From: Candidatus Thorarchaeota archaeon
GTDB taxonomy: Archaea; Asgardarchaeota; Thorarchaeia; Thorarchaeales; Thorarchaeaceae
Direction: 5' to 3'
Assembly: GCA_048882485.1 (NCBI GenBank)
Contig: JBHLRP010000003.1
Location: 1-64,000 of the forward strand
Length of the DNA: 64,000 nt
This document shows positions 1 to 9,656 of this stretch, piece after piece; within the stretch, counting starts at the first letter, position 1; each line of letters starts with the position of its first letter. The notes under the pieces were generated by a model. That model ran no database searches and was not told the DNA's origin. It saw only the letters and a program-made list of their open reading frames with translations. The position numbers and the translations under genes were made by a program.

Positions 1-65
1 GCTAGCTCGTAGATCTTACGCTCCTCATTCACATGAGGTCATTAATGTCTCCGTGCACCTCCCGG

Positions 66-122
66 CAAGGCGAGACAACGTGGGGATGAAACGTTGGGTA
101 TCATCCCCACACCCCCTCCTTG
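66..122 (+). promoter_or_regulatory. Structured 5' leader/hairpin upstream of the micro-ORF
   Basis: Perfect 10-bp IR gtggggatga (80-89)/tcatccccac (101-110); alternative pairing caacgt (76-81)/acgttg (91-96); outer caagg (66-70)/ccttg (118-122). Confidence 0.5.
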
Positions 123-131
123 GTGATTGTT

Positions 132-248
132 ATGGCTACTACTGAGAGAACAAAGCTTGCGCGATCAAAGGGGTCTGCAACTGTTCTCCGGAGATATCGC
201 GTTGGACCGAACAAGAGAGTCCGGACTCGACTGAAGAAGATGAAATGA
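132..248 (+). CDS. Small basic protein, 38 aa (MATTERTKLARSKGSATVLRRYRVGPNKRVRTRLKKMK), below the ORF-track cutoff
   Basis: Manually translated: ATG 132 to TGA 246-248; GGTGA SD at 122-126; 14 K/R versus 1 acidic residue. Confidence 0.6.
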   Translation: MATTERTKLARSKGSATVLRRYRVGPNKRVRTRLKKMK

Positions 249-300
249 ACTGCTTCTGATAATAATTCTTCAATGAGGTGTTAAGTCAATTCATAGACAA

Positions 301-318
301 TTGGAACACGTGTTCCAA
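301..318. promoter_or_regulatory. Perfect 18-bp palindrome, candidate operator upstream of metG
   Basis: ttggaacacgtgttccaa is its own reverse complement; intergenic. Confidence 0.45.
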
Positions 319-528
319 ATAGACTGATTCATCGTTACAGTTATATCCATAGAGCCGGCAGAGCAATCTAACATTCTAAGGCGGGAAACAAGCTTCAAGG
401 TCACAAAGAAAGAACATCTGTTCAAACGAATTCCACGAGAGAGCCCGCCATTTTGGATTATTCTGCTGATTACTACTGCAGTCAGACAGGAGGCGGCTCT
501 ATAGTCCCGTCCTTAGAATGTCAGGAGT

Positions 529-2616
529 GTGACAAAAATGAGTAAGAAGAAGATGAAATATCCTACCAAGGATCCGGTGTGTGTGACATGTGGACTTCCA
601 TACGCCAGCGGCCAGATGCACATCGGGCATCTCCGCACGTATGTCCCGGCTGATGTGTTTGTCAGACTCCTGAGGAAGATGCAAGTGGATGTGACCTTCA
701 TCTGCGGCTCAGACACTCATGGGACACCAATTCTGACAACTGCGGAGGCTGAGGGCCTGACTCCCAAGGAGGCGTACCTCAAGTATCATCAACATTACGT
801 GGATACCTTTCCAAGGCTGAACATCCACTTCGACAATTATGGCTCTACCGATGACCCTGAGAATCATCACAGGACTAGGCAGATTGTCACCGCATTGCAG
901 GAAAATGGATATGTGTACGCACAGGAGCTTGAAACGCCCTACTGTGACACTTGCGGAAGGTCTCAGCCGGACCGTTTCGTGCGAGGTACCTGTCCGTATT
1001 GTGGCGCTGATGCCAGAGGTGATGAGTGTGACCAGGGTTGCGGTAGATATATCGAGCCAGGATTGATACTCAATCCCCGCTGCGCTGTGTGTGGAAATCC
1101 GACAAGACCGGTGACACGTACTCACTACTACCTCAAACTAAGTGCGTTCGAGGACTTTCTGAAGGACTATCTAGAGAATCTAGATGGAACCAAGATTGCC
1201 CGAAACTACGCACTGGGGTGGGTAAAGGAAGGACTCAGGGACTGGTGTATCACTAGAGACCTCGACTGGGGAGTGAAGTTCCCTGGTGATGAGAGTCTCA
1301 CCCTATATGTATGGGTCGATGCTCCGATAGGCTACATGTCGAGCACGGAACAGTGGGCCAAAAAGATTGGTAAGCCCAATGAGTGGGAGAAGTATTGGAA
1401 GCCGGGTGATGGACGACTCGTCCATTACATTGGTCAAGACATCGTCTACCATCATTGCATCTTTTGGCCATCGATGCTAAAGGGCAGTGGCTACAATCTC
1501 CCCGATGCTGTAGTGGCCTCTGGAATGGTCAAGATAGAAGGTCACAACTTCAGTCGTAGCAGAGGATACATCGTCTGGATTGAGGAGGAGTATCTAGCTA
1601 AGGGTCTTGATCCTGATTACCTCCGTTACTATATGGTGGCATCGACATCCCAGACAAAAGACCTTGACTTTGCATGGACATCCTTTGCGGATAAGGTGAA
1701 TAACGAGCTAGTGGCAACTCTTGGCAACTTCATCTATCGAGGCCTCCACTTCACGAAGAAGCACTATGGCGAGGTACCAAAAGGCACACTTGACAAGAAG
1801 CTGAAAAAGGCGATAGAAGACACCATCGAAACGGTGATTGATGGAGTCAATGAGTACGAACTCAAGAAGGTATCTGACGCCATTCTTGGCCTAGCTACAG
1901 TGGGCAATGAGTACTTTCAAGCCAATCAACCATGGGCCCTTGTCAAGGAGGATAAGGAAAAGTGCGGAGAGGTGCTATTCAATGCCTTATCATTGACAAA
2001 AGCGTTGGCTGTTCTGATTGAGCCTATTCTACCCTCTGCAGCAGAAATTATCTGGAAGCAACTTGGTCTTGATTCCGATGTACATGCTGTGTTGCTGGAG
2101 GAGGCTGTCGATCCGCTAGAAGTAGGCGGAAAGCTTGGCAAGCCAGCACCAGTTATATCAAAGATTGATGACACACTACTTGCTGAACTGCAAGAAACTA
2201 CCTATGCCCGCATCAAAGCAGCTGAGGCTGTCCAGAAAGGCGAAACTAAGGAGGACGAAGAAGTGACAGATCATGAACCTGTAAAAGAGACGATAACTTT
2301 CGATGAGTTTCAGAGAGTTGACCTTAGAATAGGCAAGATCACAAAGTGTGAACGGATTCCAAAGAAGGACCGACTCCTGAAAATAACTGTTGACATTGGC
2401 ATCGAGGAGCGGACAATGGCAACTGGATTGGGTCATCTATATGAGCCTAACGAACTTGAGGGCTTGAGTGCCTTATTCTTGGTGAATCTGGAGCCAAAGA
2501 AGATCGGCGGCATTGAGAGTCATGGAATGATTCTAGCCGTGGAGAAACTAAATGACCCAGGCAAATGGGTGCCTGTCACAGTGGATGGCGTTCCTCCAGG
2601 TAGTAAAGCCGCTTGA
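529..2616 (+). CDS. metG: Methionyl-tRNA synthetase with C-terminal tRNA-binding (Trbp111-like) domain
   Basis: HIGH motif (MHIGH), GSDTHG, CxxC zinc knuckles, DWCITRD, YVWVDAPIGY, C-terminal DLRIGKI...NLEPKKIGGIESHGMIL; GGAG before GTG. Confidence 0.97.
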   Translation: MTKMSKKKMKYPTKDPVCVTCGLPYASGQMHIGHLRTYVPADVFVRLLRKMQVDVTFICGSDTHGTPILTTAEAEGLTPKEAYLKYHQHYVDTFPRLNIHFDNYGSTDDPENHHRTRQIVTALQENGYVYAQELETPYCDTCGRSQPDRFVRGTCPYCGADARGDECDQGCGRYIEPGLILNPRCAVCGNPTRPVTRTHYYLKLSAFEDFLKDYLENLDGTKIARNYALGWVKEGLRDWCITRDLDWGVKFPGDESLTLYVWVDAPIGYMSSTEQWAKKIGKPNEWEKYWKPGDGRLVHYIGQDIVYHHCIFWPSMLKGSGYNLPDAVVASGMVKIEGHNFSRSRGYIVWIEEEYLAKGLDPDYLRYYMVASTSQTKDLDFAWTSFADKVNNELVATLGNFIYRGLHFTKKHYGEVPKGTLDKKLKKAIEDTIETVIDGVNEYELKKVSDAILGLATVGNEYFQANQPWALVKEDKEKCGEVLFNALSLTKALAVLIEPILPSAAEIIWKQLGLDSDVHAVLLEEAVDPLEVGGKLGKPAPVISKIDDTLLAELQETTYARIKAAEAVQKGETKEDEEVTDHEPVKETITFDEFQRVDLRIGKITKCERIPKKDRLLKITVDIGIEERTMATGLGHLYEPNELEGLSALFLVNLEPKKIGGIESHGMILAVEKLNDPGKWVPVTVDGVPPGSKAA

Positions 2617-2628
2617 ATTCAGTCCAAA

Positions 2629-2676
2629 TGGGGTGGGGGTTTATCCCCCTCTCGCTTTCTTTACTGCTTTCTTCTC
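2629..2676 (+). terminator. GC hairpin followed by a pyrimidine tract after metG
   Basis: ggggtggggg-tttat-ccccctctc followed by ctttctttactgctttcttctc. Confidence 0.55.
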
Positions 2677-2775
2677 GTATCGCATGAGTGTGGTGGCAAA
2701 CACAACAGGGTTGATATTGGACATATTCCTAATTAATCACTGCGCCATTCCTGAACAGAAGGAGGGAGACCCTAG

Positions 2776-5076
2776 TTGCGACTAGCGAGTTGTACATTCA
2801 CATTCGTTCTAGTCGTTATCATTTCCTGTACGAGCTTCCTTTCCTATACGGCTCTATTCATGCCGGCCTACATACCTCCTTCAAACACCCTGGTCTTGGA
2901 GGTAATTAATGAGCCCGAGTCACTAGATCCCCATGCCAGTGTTCGCTTTTCAGACATATCTTCTTTGTACAACGTATACGAAACTCTCTACATCTATCCC
3001 ATAGGAAACAATGATACTGGACTAATTCCTCTTTTGGCAGAAGACATGCCTGACATCTCTCCAGACGGGATATCATACGCAATTAAGCTTCGGGAGAATG
3101 TCATTTTCCATGATGCTACTCCATTCAACGCAAGTTGTGTGAAGTGGAATATTGAACGATTCCTCAAGATTTTCTACCCTAATGGACCTGCATATTTGTT
3201 CGCTGAAGTCTTGAGAGGAGGACAGGTCCTCGAAGAAACCGCGGCACTGAATGGCACTTCTTCGGATGCTTTCAGAGCTGCGTTTGAAGATTGGAGAATG
3301 AACTCAAATTCAATAGAGATCATTGACAACTATCGAATTCGATTTGCATTAAATCGAGCCTACTCGCCTTTTATTCATCTCCTGGCTGTATCTGGAGGCT
3401 CTATGATCAGTCCCACATATGTTCTCAGTAGTCCGAATAACGATAGCACGCCGATAGGAGGTGACTGGAGAGAACATTATGGAGTCAACTACGGTGATAG
3501 CAGCACATACATGGACGCGCATACTTGCGGTACTGGTCCGTATCTTGTTGAAGAGTGGTCAAAGCTAAACTTCCTTCACTTAGAACGTTATGGGAACTAC
3601 TGGCGTTCGAATGAAACTGAATCCTCAATATCTCCCTCCGAAAGCGCTGGTACAATTGAATCGGTATATATCCGATTTAATCCTGACAACACTGGACGTT
3701 CACTTAACCTCCGTACTGGCCTCATTGATCTAGCCAGCTGGCCTTTGGACATCGCAGATGAGATTTGGGACAACTTGACTCTCAGCTCAAAGGATCCCAA
3801 CATCAATGTATCAGCTGGAGGACTGTATTTCACTCTATACAATCTAGGATACAATATGGGTAATTTGACAGTGGACGTAAACTCGACTAGAGTCATCACA
3901 CGAAGTCCGTTTGCAAACTCCCATTTCAGACTTGCAACTTCGCTCGGATTTGATCATGAAACATTCGTTGGCGGTACATTTGGCTTCGCTGTTCAAGCAC
4001 TGGGGCCAATTCCTCAAGGTATGTTTGGGCATAACGGTAGTCTGTTCGAATCCTCCTACAATATTTCTGCGGCAGTAGAGCAATGGAATCTAGCTATGAT
4101 GGATTCAATCTTCGTTGAATCATTGAACGACTTGAACAACACAATGAAAATTCCATACCCTGCAACAAGTAGCGGGGGGATTCCTGTGGAAGTATTGGTT
4201 CTTCGTGGTCTAGAGCAAATACTTGCCCACCCAGAGGCCAATCAGACAGGCTTGGATAGAGAATTGCAGTTTCTCCTAGAGCCCGTCCCTTGGGGTACAT
4301 ATTTCGAATATCTAGCTGAGGACAAGCTGCCTTTGATTCATGCAGCCTGGAATGCAGAAATCGCTCATCCTATAGAGTTTCTTAAGGCATTCTGCTACCA
4401 CAATGGGCCATATGCCCTGCAAATAGGCTATAACAACACGCTAGTGAACAACCTGTGCCAGTCAGTTCTCGCAACAATTGATCCGCTAGAGCAGCAGACA
4501 TACATAGACCTCATTCAACAGGAATTGGCAAACGATGTCCCGTATCTCTGGATTCAACAGCAGACTGAGTTCCGAACGTGGAGGTACTGGTTGCTCGGTG
4601 AGGGTTTAGTCTTCAATCCCATGCATAGCTTCTACTTCTATGAAATATACAAGGACTATATTTCAGCACCTGATTTTGTCTATAACGCTCAGTCTCAGAC
4701 AGTGGCGCTTGTCTTCCTCCTTGTGGGGTTAATCGGGATATTCCTCTTCATGGCAAAAGATGACTTCAGAGAAGGGACTCTAGTATGGAGGAAAAGGCTT
4801 CTGGGCCTGCATCTTATCATCATGGCATATAACTCGATTCTGATTCAGCTCGTTGAGTTTTGGAGCAGTATCTACATGACTCGTGGCTTGTATTTCTTGA
4901 TTTTCCCCGTCATGTCTGTGCCTGTCTTCCTCCTCACTTTCATCATTCCTGCAGTCCTCATGTATCTTGACATCAAGAGAAAGACTGATCCAAATCCAAA
5001 GTACTGGCTACTAATCTATTTCATACTCATGCTGTTGCTTGCAGGCTCCCAACCAGTAACTATAATGTTAGCCTAA
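2776..5076 (+). CDS. ABC transporter substrate-binding protein, family 5 (OppA/DppA-like), with a multi-pass C-terminal membrane region
   Basis: Signal/TM N-terminus, EPESLDP, NVYETL, PLLAE, LRENVIFHD..PFNA..VKWNIER, GTGPY; about 4 hydrophobic helices at the C-terminus; GGAGGGAG before TTG. Confidence 0.88.
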   Translation: MRLASCTFTFVLVVIISCTSFLSYTALFMPAYIPPSNTLVLEVINEPESLDPHASVRFSDISSLYNVYETLYIYPIGNNDTGLIPLLAEDMPDISPDGISYAIKLRENVIFHDATPFNASCVKWNIERFLKIFYPNGPAYLFAEVLRGGQVLEETAALNGTSSDAFRAAFEDWRMNSNSIEIIDNYRIRFALNRAYSPFIHLLAVSGGSMISPTYVLSSPNNDSTPIGGDWREHYGVNYGDSSTYMDAHTCGTGPYLVEEWSKLNFLHLERYGNYWRSNETESSISPSESAGTIESVYIRFNPDNTGRSLNLRTGLIDLASWPLDIADEIWDNLTLSSKDPNINVSAGGLYFTLYNLGYNMGNLTVDVNSTRVITRSPFANSHFRLATSLGFDHETFVGGTFGFAVQALGPIPQGMFGHNGSLFESSYNISAAVEQWNLAMMDSIFVESLNDLNNTMKIPYPATSSGGIPVEVLVLRGLEQILAHPEANQTGLDRELQFLLEPVPWGTYFEYLAEDKLPLIHAAWNAEIAHPIEFLKAFCYHNGPYALQIGYNNTLVNNLCQSVLATIDPLEQQTYIDLIQQELANDVPYLWIQQQTEFRTWRYWLLGEGLVFNPMHSFYFYEIYKDYISAPDFVYNAQSQTVALVFLLVGLIGIFLFMAKDDFREGTLVWRKRLLGLHLIIMAYNSILIQLVEFWSSIYMTRGLYFLIFPVMSVPVFLLTFIIPAVLMYLDIKRKTDPNPKYWLLIYFILMLLLAGSQPVTIMLA

Positions 5077-5159
5077 ATGCGGCCCAGAGTTCAAGCATCC
5101 TGATTCAATCAACAGAATTATGTTTCAGTATTTGAAGCATTATAGAGAGGACATACAAA

Positions 5160-6614
5160 ATGCCAAGAATCAACTTCCTCACGCGTTCAGATTTGGAGGC
5201 GATCCATATTGCCTCTCTCACCGTATTGGAGAAGACGGGTATTGCTGTAAAGAACGAGAACGCGATGCGACTTCTGAGTGAGGCGGGCTGTTCGGTTGGG
5301 TCAGAGGTTGTCAAAATCCCACCTAGTCTTGTTGAGGAAATGGTTCGAACCCCTCCAAGCTCATTTTCATTGTATTCACGTGATGGCAGACAAAGCACAG
5401 TGGTTGGAGAAGATAATGTCATCTATAATCCAGCATCATCGTCCATTTATTTCAAAGATAGTGATTCAGGTGAGATTCGCAAAGCCACCACAGATGATTT
5501 TGTGAAGTTCGTCCGGCTCGTTGATTGCATGGAATATGTGGGTGCGCAAAGTACTGCAATGGTTCCTTCAGATGTTCCTATCCCGATATCTGATCTGTTC
5601 AGGCTCTACTTGATTTTGAAGGAGTCACTGAAGCCTATCATCACAGGAGCCTTCTCCAAAGAGGGACTTACTCATATGAGGCGCATCCTCGAGGCTGCTG
5701 TGGGCGGAGAGGATGAACTCGCAAGGAAACCAAGAGCGGTCTTTGATTGCTGCCCGCTGTCAGTTCTGATATGGGGCGATGTTTCTTCGCAGAACCTCAT
5801 CGATTGTGCAAATCATGGAATTCCAGCTGCAATAGTTCCTGCACCATTGGTAGGTGCTACAAGTCCAGTAACACTTGGAGGAACGCTGGTGCAATTCAAT
5901 GCGGAGGTTCTTAGCGGCATAGTGATTAGTCAGCTAGCAAAGCCTGGTTCTCCATTAGTCTATGGAGGCGCAGCCTCCATTCTCGACCAGCGACACGGCA
6001 CAAGTAGCATCGGGGCACCTGAAGCGGTCATTATTGCCTGTGCTTCTGCTGAAATGGGGAAGTTCTACGGATTGCCAACACATGCATACCTTGGCGTGTC
6101 TGATTCAAAAGCCATTGATGCTCAGAGCGGCTATGAGTCTGCAATGGGTCTGATTCAAGCTGCACTTGCTGGCATTAACCTTGTTTCTGGTCCTGGTATG
6201 TTGCTAAGCATCAATTGTCAATCCTTAGAGAAACTAGTTATCGACGATGAGATCTGTGGTGCTGCATTGAGGCTTCAAGAAGGAATAAGCATCGATGGAA
6301 TTGAGGAGATTCCGGAATTAATTCGAGTGGCAGGTCCAGGAGGAAGCTACCTGAAGGAGAAGCATACCCGGAAGCATCTTCGGAAAGAACATATCTTTCC
6401 TTCTACTGTCATAGACAGACTAGCCCTCGACTCGTGGTTGGAACGTGGTTCAAAGGATTCGAATAAGCTAGCCAGAGGACGAGTTGTATACTTGCTAGAG
6501 AACCACCAGTCAGATTTTCTCTCTGATGAAAAGCGCGATGATATGAATTTGGTCATGAAGGAGGTCCTTTCCAAACATAACATAAATAGTTCCCAGTTCT
6601 CACTTCCTCCTTAG
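5160..6614 (+). CDS. mttB: Trimethylamine methyltransferase (MttB) superfamily protein, non-pyrrolysine type
   Basis: IHIASLTVLEKTGI, GATSPVTLGGTLVQFNAEVLSGIVISQL..PG.P, SDSKAIDAQSGYES, SLEKLVIDDE; no in-frame TAG. Confidence 0.9.
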   Translation: MPRINFLTRSDLEAIHIASLTVLEKTGIAVKNENAMRLLSEAGCSVGSEVVKIPPSLVEEMVRTPPSSFSLYSRDGRQSTVVGEDNVIYNPASSSIYFKDSDSGEIRKATTDDFVKFVRLVDCMEYVGAQSTAMVPSDVPIPISDLFRLYLILKESLKPIITGAFSKEGLTHMRRILEAAVGGEDELARKPRAVFDCCPLSVLIWGDVSSQNLIDCANHGIPAAIVPAPLVGATSPVTLGGTLVQFNAEVLSGIVISQLAKPGSPLVYGGAASILDQRHGTSSIGAPEAVIIACASAEMGKFYGLPTHAYLGVSDSKAIDAQSGYESAMGLIQAALAGINLVSGPGMLLSINCQSLEKLVIDDEICGAALRLQEGISIDGIEEIPELIRVAGPGGSYLKEKHTRKHLRKEHIFPSTVIDRLALDSWLERGSKDSNKLARGRVVYLLENHQSDFLSDEKRDDMNLVMKEVLSKHNINSSQFSLPP

Positions 6615-6638
6615 ACGACTCAAATTAGGGCGAAGCCA

Positions 6639-7994
6639 CTAGCGGAGAAATGGGAGCACAGGATCCGTAATTCGTTCAAAGACATCTGCAGCCGCTCTTC
6701 CCAGGATGCCTCTCCGACGGAGAGAATGCTGAATACTCCCCTTCCGTTTAGCAAATCGAAGCTTCGCTTGAGAAAACTCACCGGCAAACAGCAACTGATG
6801 TCTATTTGCTTTGCCTCTCTGTTTCCTCCATTCAGGCTTGTTTATTCGGTCTCTAACTTTTGTGTATAGGCCTGTTCCCACAATTGGATATGGAAATGAA
6901 TAAGACAGATAGTCCAAAGGGAGGCGCGATGAGAATTTCAGAGTTTGCAGAAGTGAGGAATTAGTTTCTCCAGGATAGCCTAGAATGAAGAAACCGCCAG
7001 TTTCAATTCCAACTTCAGAGGCAGCGGCTATAGCTCTCTTTACCTCATCGAGATTGATGCGCTTATTCATAACTTGAAGCATTCTTTCATTCCCAGACTC
7101 GATTCCAAAGAATATCCGTGCGCATCCTGCTTTCTCCATTCTCCTAGCGAGATCTCTGCCTAAAGTATCAGCACGGCTTAGACACATCCATTGAAGGTCC
7201 AGAGATTCCTCAATCAGGATTTCACAGATTTGCTCTACTCTCTTGGGATTCTGTGTGAAGCAATCATCCGTGAAGAAAACTCGATCATATCCTAGCTGTT
7301 CTATCTCTCGCATCTCTTCGACAACATTTCTAGCAGAACGTTCGCGATAAGTCCGACCAAATACAGGATTACTACAGAAGTCACAAAGATATGGGCAACC
7401 CCTTGTTGTGATTTGGCTTGTAGCAGAATATCCATGATACTTTTCCCAATGCTTCTTGTATGCATTATGGGGAAACATATCTCGGGATGGGAATGGTATA
7501 CTATCGAGGTCCTGTTCCAATGGACGGGGACCAGTGCTTGTACATGTGCCTCTCTCGTTTCTGTAAGCTACGCCAGCAATGCCAGTCCAAGGCATTCCGT
7601 CTAAGTGCTTTCTTACAAGCTCCAAGAAAGTGTGCTCTCCTTCGTAAAGAACTACCGCATCAAAGGTGTCAAGGAATTCATCTGGAACAAGACTTGGAAG
7701 TGGCCCTCCAGCAACGATAAGGTCTATTGACGCTCTCACGGATTGAGCAATCCAAATCGCATTATGGTTGATTGTGACCATAGAATAGATGCCAAGTATT
7801 CTTGGATTCAATCTCTGGATTGCTTGTAGCATCTTGTTAGGTGACGAAAATGTGCCATCTAGAATCCTGACTGAGATTCCAGCGTTCCTCAGCACTGACG
7901 CAAGATAGCCAAGACCAAGTGGGGGATATCTGAAAACTGACCTGTCGAGTTCATTGTTGAAATAGGGGTAAACAAGCAATACATCTAGATTCAT
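6639..7994 (-). CDS. Cobalamin-dependent radical SAM protein
   Basis: PPLGLGYLAS B12-binding N-domain, GGP, EGE, TRGCPYLCDFC (CxxxCxxC), FGIESG, FILGYPGET; likely start ATG 7994 after GGTGGTGA. Confidence 0.92.
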   Translation of the reverse strand: MNLDVLLVYPYFNNELDRSVFRYPPLGLGYLASVLRNAGISVRILDGTFSSPNKMLQAIQRLNPRILGIYSMVTINHNAIWIAQSVRASIDLIVAGGPLPSLVPDEFLDTFDAVVLYEGEHTFLELVRKHLDGMPWTGIAGVAYRNERGTCTSTGPRPLEQDLDSIPFPSRDMFPHNAYKKHWEKYHGYSATSQITTRGCPYLCDFCSNPVFGRTYRERSARNVVEEMREIEQLGYDRVFFTDDCFTQNPKRVEQICEILIEESLDLQWMCLSRADTLGRDLARRMEKAGCARIFFGIESGNERMLQVMNKRINLDEVKRAIAAASEVGIETGGFFILGYPGETNSSLLQTLKFSSRLPLDYLSYSFPYPIVGTGLYTKVRDRINKPEWRKQRGKANRHQLLFAGEFSQAKLRFAKRKGSIQHSLRRRGILGRAAADVFERITDPVLPFLR

Positions 7995-7998
7995 GAAT

Positions 7999-8853
7999 TC
8001 ACCACCACTTATCACATGGTCCCAATTCAATGCTATACTGCAGATTCACAGATGATGGAGGAAGCATCAAGATAACTCCACTCCAGGAAATGTCCGGCCC
8101 GATGATTTCCCTTCCCCGAAAAGCCTCAGCTTCTTTAGGTATTTTAACACGATAACCAAAATCAATCTCTGGTGCACAGAATGCCGCCCAGTCAGCTGAG
8201 ATTCGATCCCAACCGGTTATCGCTTCTTTCAATAGTTTCAATCCTGAGCTATCAGTATAATGATCAAACATACTCCCACCCAATTCGTTGGATACATAGA
8301 TATGCTGAAGACTGGCTCTTTCAATGTTTGAGAAGTCCATCTTAACTTGCATACTCCTGCCTTTGATATCTAGCTCGTAGGATGTCTGTATCTCTCCCTT
8401 ACTCTTAACACGGAAGAATTTTGACGGCGATCTCCCCATGCGCTCTCCAGTTCTTCTTCTCCTGATTTCTGTCAGGTCCAACAGTTTTCTGCCTTGGACA
8501 GATTTGTAGAGCCGATTGTATATCCTTTGATAGACCCACGAAAATGCCTGAATGGTTTCGAATCTATTTGTCTGATGTCTCTCTACCAAGTTGACATCAA
8601 ATTGCTTCCAGGCATTCTTGCCCCCCACTACGCCTTCTTTGGATACTGATGCTTTTCCTGGAAAGAAGAAATCTCTGCGATATTGAAGCAACGGCACTCC
8701 AAATCCAACACCTTCTTCACACAAGTCTGCGCCTCCATTACTCCTGCTTGGTACAAGTCCTTTTTGAATTGGAGATGCTTTTCCAAAGTGTGGACGGGTG
8801 CTACTACTAAGGAAATATGATACTCCAGCATTGGGTTGTGGCATCCGCATCAT
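7999..8853 (-). CDS. Hypothetical protein, co-oriented directly upstream of the radical SAM gene
   Basis: 284-aa ORF ending 4 nt before the radical SAM start; no motif recognised. Confidence 0.65.
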   Translation of the reverse strand: MMRMPQPNAGVSYFLSSSTRPHFGKASPIQKGLVPSRSNGGADLCEEGVGFGVPLLQYRRDFFFPGKASVSKEGVVGGKNAWKQFDVNLVERHQTNRFETIQAFSWVYQRIYNRLYKSVQGRKLLDLTEIRRRRTGERMGRSPSKFFRVKSKGEIQTSYELDIKGRSMQVKMDFSNIERASLQHIYVSNELGGSMFDHYTDSSGLKLLKEAITGWDRISADWAAFCAPEIDFGYRVKIPKEAEAFRGREIIGPDISWSGVILMLPPSSVNLQYSIELGPCDKWW

Positions 8854-8967
8854 TGATGAACTATAGTTTATTAGTATCTAAAGATGATGCTATGGCAATT
8901 TTCGACGAAATGATTTTCGTGGTGATAGCACATTCCTTTTATCCCGCCAATCTCCAAAATTAAGAAG

Positions 8968-9408
8968 GTGTTTTCCATGGGAATACTGGGAACAGCTGCT
9001 GAAACAATCTTTGAAATCAATCTTATGCTGCAGTTCACGCTGGTTATTCTCCTTGCTCTTGGCTTCTATCAACGGCGTACATTTGTTCAACATGGGAGAA
9101 TAATGGCTTTGGCGACTATATTGAACCTTGGTGCCACTGCACTAGTCATGCTTCCTTCATTGATTCTCAATTTTGGTGCGCTTGTAGGTGGACCCTTTAA
9201 TGCAGGAGTAGGGATAACCATCGGTCACAGCATTGGAGGGAGTATAGCTCTTGCGCTGGGACTACTCTTTTCGGTCCGTTTCCTTATAAAGACGAGGAAC
9301 TCTCAGCCATTGACCTGTGGTACTAGACGAACAATGTATCTAACGCTAATCTTATGGTTATTCGCATTAAGCGCCGGTCTTGCCTTCTTTGCTTTCTACT
9401 ATCTTTAA
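8968..9408 (+). CDS. Four-TM membrane protein (DUF420-like, intramembrane His residues)
   Basis: Four hydrophobic helices; HGRIM and HSIGG His motifs; AAGGTG SD, likely start ATG about 8977. Confidence 0.7.
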   Translation: MFSMGILGTAAETIFEINLMLQFTLVILLALGFYQRRTFVQHGRIMALATILNLGATALVMLPSLILNFGALVGGPFNAGVGITIGHSIGGSIALALGLLFSVRFLIKTRNSQPLTCGTRRTMYLTLILWLFALSAGLAFFAFYYL

Positions 9409-9426
9409 TGTTCAATTGAATGAAAA

Positions 9427-9582
9427 TCAGGTTGAAGTGCGCTTTCTTCGCGCATGCTCAACAGCATAGTTCTTTCTTTCCACCTCAATCTCTTCCAGTG
9501 TCTTGCTTTTTGTTTCAATAGGCTTCGCAGCTATTGAGAGAAGCGGTATTATGATTATAAGGCCATCAAGGCCATCTTGCAT
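9427..9582 (-). pseudogene. Probable remnant of an MFS transporter C-terminus
   Basis: Short hydrophobic stretch followed by ETKSKTLEEIE, matching the PETKGxxLEEI motif at the end of MFS sugar porters; no upstream body. Confidence 0.45.
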
Positions 9583-9656
9583 TTTCAAGAGATCAGGTGG
9601 CAATATATTTGTGTCACGCTGTAATCGCACAATGATGTGCCCTGAGGTGATTTGAG

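Noticed and set aside
1-32. Possible start of a minus-strand gene (GTG; MNEERKIYELA...) running off the window
   Set aside because: Only about 10 codons visible and no well-placed SD; cannot be supported
5160-6614. Pyrrolysine read-through in MttB
   Set aside because: The ORF is open throughout; the only in-frame TAG is the terminal stop at normal length
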